The notes under the pieces: model-generated
Told to the model about the DNA's origin: nothing
What the model saw: the letters and a program-made list of their open reading frames with translations, nothing else
Databases searched by the model: none
Made by a program: the position numbers and the translations under genes
In this document: positions 57,204 to 64,000 of the stretch, piece after piece
Layout of the letters: the number at the start of each line of letters is the position of its first letter
Numbering within the stretch: the first letter of the stretch is position 1
From: the human T2T-CHM13v2.0 reference genome, Homo sapiens
DNA length: 64,000 bases
Assembly (NCBI RefSeq): GCF_009914755.1
Contig: NC_060936.1
Strand: one strand, 5' to 3'

Positions 57204-58110
57204 TGGAATTATGTTTTCGAAGAGTATGGTATGTGACTGAAGTCTTCCTTTTTTCAAACTAAAGTGGACAGTGGGCCCATGCTTAGGAGACTGAGTTCTA
57301 GCTGCCAGAAATGCTGAAACTGTGTTGTTTTGTTAATTTGCTAATTGACTGCCCCTCCCACTCCACAAGGCAGGGCCTTTTCTGTCTGTGCACTGGTGTG
57401 TCCCCAGTGCTTGGATTCATGCTTAGCACAGGAGAGACCACAATCAATACTGAATGAATTTAGCAAGTGTCATTGTGTGTCTAAAATAGGCCAGCTGTTT
57501 ATCTACATAGCTAGCTCATTTTTGGTAGTAAATTTTGAAAAAATGCAACTCCATTATAACATCTCTCCCATAGACAGCTTTATAAACCTTTTCTTTCCCT
57601 CAAAAGAACTCATTTACTTACTATTACCAGTACAGTTTAAATATTTTAAGAAGCAAAATGCTTCATGTTTTATAATGATACTTGACAAATCATGAATTAT
57701 AAAATCAGAGGTAAGGAGACACTGATTCTACATTTGATTTAAAATCTTAGTTTCATGTGTCATTTCTTTCATAGTTAACACACTATATTACCCCTAGATC
57801 AACCTGTATTACTAATTTAGCCTAGAAAATATTTGTGATATTTTACAGATGTGATCTTTTACAAAGATGCATTACTCTTTACACACTAAAGCTTAGACTC
57901 TAAAGTTTAAAGAGGTGGAGAAGTATGGGGGAGAAGAGGCAGAGAAAAAGCTGCCTTTAATGAAATGGAAAGCAGGGCTGAGTTATAGGTTGACTGTTAG
58001 CCTTTGAAGCCAAGAAACCGAAGTGAAAAGGCTGGCCCTTCTTCTGGTCTCCCACTCACTTTTATTTTTATTTTTTTCCTTGTTTACAACTTTTTATTTC
58101 TCCCACTCAC

Positions 58111-58206
58111 TTTTATTGCAGTGTCTTCCATGCCAACCTTCTTGACATTGGCATTTGTTGGGTTCATGGCAGGTTCCATGTGCACCACAGCCAGGCTCGC
58201 AGACAG
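58111..58206 (-). CDS. WIF1: WIF1 coding exon (exon 9), EGF-like domain 5: [33 protein letters not shown]
   Basis: Minus strand reads ttttgattctag|CTGTCTGCGAG...TGCAATAAAA|gtgagt. The exon is 96 nt, phase 1-1, with an EGF cysteine pattern, and is in frame with both neighbours. Confidence 0.97.
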
Positions 58207-58482
58207 CTAGAATCAAAAGAAATAAAAAGAGTATTTCCTGAGCTTTCCTTTTTCAACAGAATTACATAGTTGCTTTCCTTGCAATTCTTTAGAATGTGTT
58301 AGTTTTGGCTTCATCCTCTAATTTTTTTTCCTAAGTCAGTCTCCAGTCATAAGTTGGTTTTGGACTTTTTGTAAAGTCCTGAGAATGATCTTTAAGCATG
58401 ATATTTTTCATTCGCAAAAGACATTCAGTAGGATTTTGAAACTGCTGGAGCATGGAAGTTTATTTTCCTTAAGAAAACACCT

Positions 58483-58790
58483 GGCTGGGCATGATGGCTC
58501 ATGCCTGTAATCCCAACACTTTGGGGGGCTGAGGCAGGTGGATCACGAGGTCAGGAGTTCGAGACCAGCCTGGCCAAGGTGGTGAAACTCCATCTCTACT
58601 AAAAAAAAAATACGAAGATTGGCCGGGTGCAGTGGCAGGTGCCTATAGTCCCAGCTACTCGGGAGGCCGAGGCAGGGGAATCGCTTACACCTGGGGGGCG
58701 GAGGTTTCAATGGGCCTAGATCGCGCCACTGCACTCCAGCCTGGGCGACAGAGAGAGACTCCGTCTCAAAAAACAAAACAAAACAAAACA
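58483..58790 (+). mobile_element. AluS (Sg-like) in WIF1 intron 8
   Basis: Full dimer; TSD aagaaaacacct/aagaaaccacct. Confidence 0.95.
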
Positions 58791-59023
58791 AAGAAACCAC
58801 CTTGTAGTTAAAACGTTCAGTTGCATGTGTGAGTATCCATTTTTTTACATGCACAGATTTCATACCACACCTCTGGTCTACATAAGGAAGCATATATGTC
58901 AGTGAAGAAAGGTTAACTGTGATGCCCAGGCAACATGCACTAAGCACGGAAGTATGTAGTGAGAGACTCCTGCTAGTTTAACGACCTAGTAGCCCAGATT
59001 GGCAATGTGTATGGGGTACTTAC

Positions 59024-59119
59024 GCTTTGAACAGAGGTCTCCCTGGTAACCTTTGGAACACTTACATTTGCTTTTACCAATGCATTTACCTCCATTTCGA
59101 CAGGGTTGTGGGCATTTGC
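59024..59119 (-). CDS. WIF1: WIF1 coding exon (exon 8 of 10), EGF-like domain 4: [33 protein letters not shown]
   Basis: Minus strand reads tttttcag|GCAAATGCCCA...TCAAAGC|gtaagt. The exon is 96 nt, phase 1-1, with six-cysteine EGF spacing, and its translation matches the WIF1 protein as I know it. It splices in frame to the next exon. Confidence 0.97.
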
Positions 59120-59358
59120 CTGAAAAAGAGAAGAATGCAGCTAAACAAGGAACCTGGTGCTTCATTCAGAGGTAATTACATTTTTCAAAGGAATTACAAG
59201 GCTTTGAGAGGATAAGTGCTTTTAAATGGCAATTTTCATTTATTTCAGATCTACTCTGGCTTTTTTTTTTTGAGTTTTGTTTTTGGAACAGACAGGATAA
59301 TATTTTTAACTTATGCTTTTGGATTATAAATGTGTTGCCAAAATGCTGCATTTATATC

Positions 59359-59505
59359 CTTTTTTTTTTTTTTTTTTTTTTTTTAAGTAAAGACGGGTTT
59401 CATTCTGTTGGCCAGGCTAGTCTTGATCTCCTGACCTCAAGTGATCCGCCCGCCTTGGCCTCTCAAAAGTGCTGGGATTACAAGTATGAGCCACCACGCC
59501 CAGCC
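59359..59505 (-). mobile_element. Alu left arm with long poly-A
   Basis: Only the left monomer is present, joined to a ~26-nt T run on +. Confidence 0.88.
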
Positions 59506-59606
59506 CAATTACTTTTTAATAAACAGAATAATCTTTTAACTGACTCACAAATACTTGCTAAGATATACTTTACTAAAAGTTATGACATAAATTACCCTTT
59601 AAATAA

Positions 59607-59942
<336 letters not shown>

Positions 59943-61746
59943 TGAATGTCACTTTTTCTGAAAGTAAGTCTATACCTGTACCTGATGACAGTCTTAGCCT
60001 AGGATTCCCCAGAAAGCAGGATCTGCATGCAGCTAGTTTATTTGGGGAAGTGATTGTAGGAAACAGGAATGGGGGAATGGGAGGGGTGAAATGGAAGGAG
60101 GGAAATGCAACACAAAAGTGTGTTTGTGGGTGGAAAACAGGAGTATGGGGCTGCTAAGTCGAGGTGCAGTGGCAATGGCTGGTGTGCAAGGCTGGCCAAG
60201 AGGCTGTGAGATGTGACACAAAAGGTGCCCAATATCACAACAATGCATTTTCCTGGAATGCCCTAGGTCCATAATGATACTTGGTAATTTCTTTTATCTC
60301 TTTGCCCAATGAGTATTACGAATGCTTTTCACAGATCTTTGAATCACAGAATTTTAGAGCTGGAGTAAGGCCCTAGGTGTAAAAATCATTTAATAAATTT
60401 CTCACTTCTTTCTCCAGAGGCTATTTATTATCCCTCTGCAATCTAGAATTTGCTATCCTAAGTCCTAGTTTTTGAAGAAGTGGAAGATAAGTTACTTTTT
60501 ACCTAGAGCTGAAACCACATCCTATGCCTGGCATAAGATGTTTTGAAGACAGCAAGTAGCCTGTAGATTTTGGTAGTGGAGGAGTTTGGATTGCTTTTGT
60601 TGTTCTTTTTCTTTTCTTTTTATTCACTTTAGCAGAACACTCATTACAAAGGCTTCTAGGTACATAAGGAGAAGTAATGAAAATTTATCCTAAACCAACC
60701 CACCTTTCACTCTCTAAGCCCTTCTTTTTATTGCCAAAGAAAGCTGCGAAAGAAGTCAACCCCCATATATTTTACTGACAAGTACTATTCTTGACAAACA
60801 AGAAGTAAATTCTTTATGAAAATCATTCTACTAAAAACACTTCATCTTTTTATTTACCTAAAAGGACTTTATTCATATATAAGTAGACCAAAGCAGTATT
60901 TAGTCATTGTGGAGACAATATAGACGTAACAATATTGGGATGTTAGGGTCTCTCACAAACCTGGAATGCCGTTAGACACTGAGGTTTTTCTGCATAGAGG
61001 TGTTCCAGAAACAAGTATGAAAACAAACTTAATAACAGAATATCACCTCTTCATTGACCAAAAGAAGGTCCTTTTTTTTTTGCCAGGTTTGAATACAAGA
61101 ATACCATTTACTGTTTAGTTAAGATCTCAGCTCTCACCAAAAAGAAGGAATATCTAACTCCAAATTTCCATTTGCATCAAATAAATACCTGACCCCAACA
61201 TATACACAAAATTGGGTCATATCACAGTACTCTGCAATGCATCAGGTTTTTTCAAGTGAGCAAGGTATAGGATGATAATTATATGGCAGAAAAGACAGCG
61301 TACTCATATGTGAACTACTTGGTGAGCCCGAATTTTCTCCTCCTCTATGAGGGGTGAAGTTGGTAACTGGGATAATGCAGAAAATGACTGGTGGAGATAA
61401 TCCTTTCATAAACTTCAAGAAGTTTTTTGTTTTCATGGCAACAGGGAAGTGAGGACCCTTAGATTCACCGCAGTCAGGAAGGAGGACGTTCTCTCCTGGC
61501 TATTATACAACAGAAACGTGACTGCAGGAGACGTTAGACATTCGAAAGCTATTACTAGTTTAAAGACTATAGGAGCCAAAATTCATGAAGATCTGATTGT
61601 TTTAAAATTCATAATACTGGAAAAATATCTTTAATAGGAATTTCTTCTTCCTGAAAATAGTTTGCAACCAAATTCTACCCATTAAATAGTGGAAAACTGA
61701 GTCAGCTTGAGAGATGGCACATTTTTACTTAAAGAGACTAAGCCCT

Positions 61747-62065
<319 letters not shown>

Positions 62066-62627
62066 CTAAAGACAAACAGATTTGACTAAGTTTCAGCTGG
62101 TGGCATTTTTACTATAACCAATAGATGAGTCCTTGTAAGAAGAATGAAATAAGAATACATTGACAAAATAAAGACATTAAATTTCTTCTACCTATGCAAT
62201 TGTAGGATAACTTAAATTATCAGTTTAATGAAGTGACAGTTAAATGAAGAAAACAGATAAAAGGGTTTTTAAGTGCCAACAATTGTCATCTCTGGGTTTT
62301 AGGATTATAGGTGATTTTTAATTGTTTTCTCCAATATTCTAAATTTTTTTAACAGAGAATATTTTATATTGAGAACTTTAATAAGAAGAACCCACTCAGT
62401 TATTTTTAAAATCCTTTTCTAATAATCCTTGCATTAGAAAAGGATTATAAATAATTTGGGTAGTCTTTTTAACTGAAGGTTCATTAAAGATTCTTGGGAA
62501 ATCCATGAGTCTTAGATAACAAGATGTATGTACACACCATCCATCCAGATACCTCTAACCATAGTTTTGTTAACCTACAAGCATATCTCACAATCAACTC
62601 GGAATAAAGTTTGAGATGGTATCATTG

Positions 62628-62929
62628 TTTTTTACTTTTTTTTTTTTGAGATGGAGTTTTGCTCTTGTCTCCTAGGCTGGAGTGCAGTGGCTCAACCTTG
62701 GCTCACTGCAACCTGTGTCTCCAGGGTTCAAGCAATTCTTTTGCCTCAGCCTCCTGAATAGCTAGGACTACAGGTGTCTGCCACCATGCCTGGCTAATTT
62801 TTGTGTTTTTAGTAGAGATGAGGGTTTGCCATGTTGGCCAGGCTGGTCTCTAACTCCTGACCTCAGGTGATCCGCCTGCTTCAGCCTCTCAAAGTGCTGG
62901 GATTATAGGCGTGAGCCACTGCACCCAGG
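62628..62929 (-). mobile_element. AluS (Sq-like)
   Basis: Full dimer; TSD gagatggtatcatt/gagacggcatcatt. Confidence 0.95.
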
Positions 62930-63019
62930 TGAGACGGCATCATTCTTGATAGAGGTCAGGAGAAATGAAAATAAACATGGCATCGGAGTATACATTTCAT
63001 TTAAAAAAAAAACAAAAAA

Positions 63020-63692
63020 CAAAGAGCCAGCAATGAGTGCTGGTGAGGATGTGGAGAAACTGGAACCCTCATACACTGCTGGTGGGAATGTAAAATGATG
63101 CAACTGCTTTGGAAAACAGTCTGGTAGTTCCTCAAAAAAGTTGTCACCATGTGACCCAGCAATTCCACCCCCAGGTAAATATTCTGAAGAAATGGAAACG
63201 TCCACACAAGCATCTCACACGCAGATTTTCATAGCCATATTATTCGTAATAGCCCCAAAGTGGAAACAACCCAAATGTCCAACAGCTGATAAATAAACAA
63301 AATGTGGTAAATCCATAAAATGGAATATTATTTGGCAATAAAAAGGAATAATGCAGTGATATATACTACACCATGGGTAAGCACTGAAAACACTAGAATG
63401 AACCCAGGTAAAAGAAGCCACACAAGAAATGCCATATCTTATATGATTCCATTTATGTGAAATGTTAAGAATAAGCAAGTCTAGAAACAGAAAGTAGCTT
63501 AGTGGTTGCCAGTGTCTGGAGGGAAAGGGGAAGGGGAGGTGACTGCTAATAGGTACAGATTTTCTTTTGGGGATGATAACATGTTCTGGAATTTGATAGA
63601 GGTGATGGCTACACAATCTTGTGAATAACCCGAATGGTACATTTTAAAATGTTGAGTTTTATGTGATTGTGACTTATATCTTAATTAAAAAT
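63020..63692 (+). mobile_element. L1MB 3' fragment
   Basis: ggtgaggatgtggagaaactggaaccctcatacactgctggtgggaatgtaaaatg and aaacaacccaaatgtcca. Confidence 0.88.
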
Positions 63693-64000
63693 AAGAATAC
63701 ATAATTCAACTATACTTTTTTGTTTCTGTACCTTTGGAGGCACTTTTCAACTCAAGACCCATTTCCATATTTTCCTGGTAATGTAGTTCCCGTGATAGAA
63801 ACAGGAAACTTCCGCAAAGATTTTGGATAAAACTTGAAGTAGGGTCAATCAGGAGCTTTCAAAGACCCACATTTTTTGATGTGGTAAAACAAAAAACCAA
63901 GAATACAAAACATTGTCTCTGCCAACAGAAGATTCATAAACCTAAGAACATGAAAGGGCATATTTACATGAAGGAAAATGAGCCTATGAACAAAGATTCA

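Overview
Primate, human-like genomic DNA with no prokaryotic features. The only protein-coding gene I can support is the 3' end of WIF1 (Wnt inhibitory factor 1; human 12q14.3 by established knowledge) on the minus strand. It comprises two 96-nt phase-1/phase-1 EGF exons (59024-59119 and 58111-58206) and the last coding exon (54341-54462, ...[40 protein letters not shown]), followed by a ~720-nt 3'UTR with two AATAAA signals. The ~53 kb downstream of WIF1 is repeat-rich intergenic sequence: Alus, MIR, L2, MaLR LTRs, DNA-transposon relics, a 5'-truncated SVA, and a ~6.1-kb full-length L1PA element nested with a 20-bp TSD inside an older L1. Nearly all ORFs in the track are repeat-derived or spurious. 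The most unusual signal is that the nested full-length L1 carries dense, patchy, strand-specific A-to-G substitutions (T-to-C on +), roughly 40 in ~330 nt at 35041-35370 by eye. This looks like an ADAR-hyperedited L1 RNA that was reverse-transcribed and fixed in the germline. Other points of interest: a duplicated splice donor with an AATAAA cluster after WIF1 exon 9, an in-frame alternative acceptor for the last exon, inverted Alus around the EGF exons, an open L1 ORF0/antisense promoter facing WIF1, and two template-switch-like local rearrangements. Repeat subfamily names and substitution counts come from remembered consensus sequences and were not computed.
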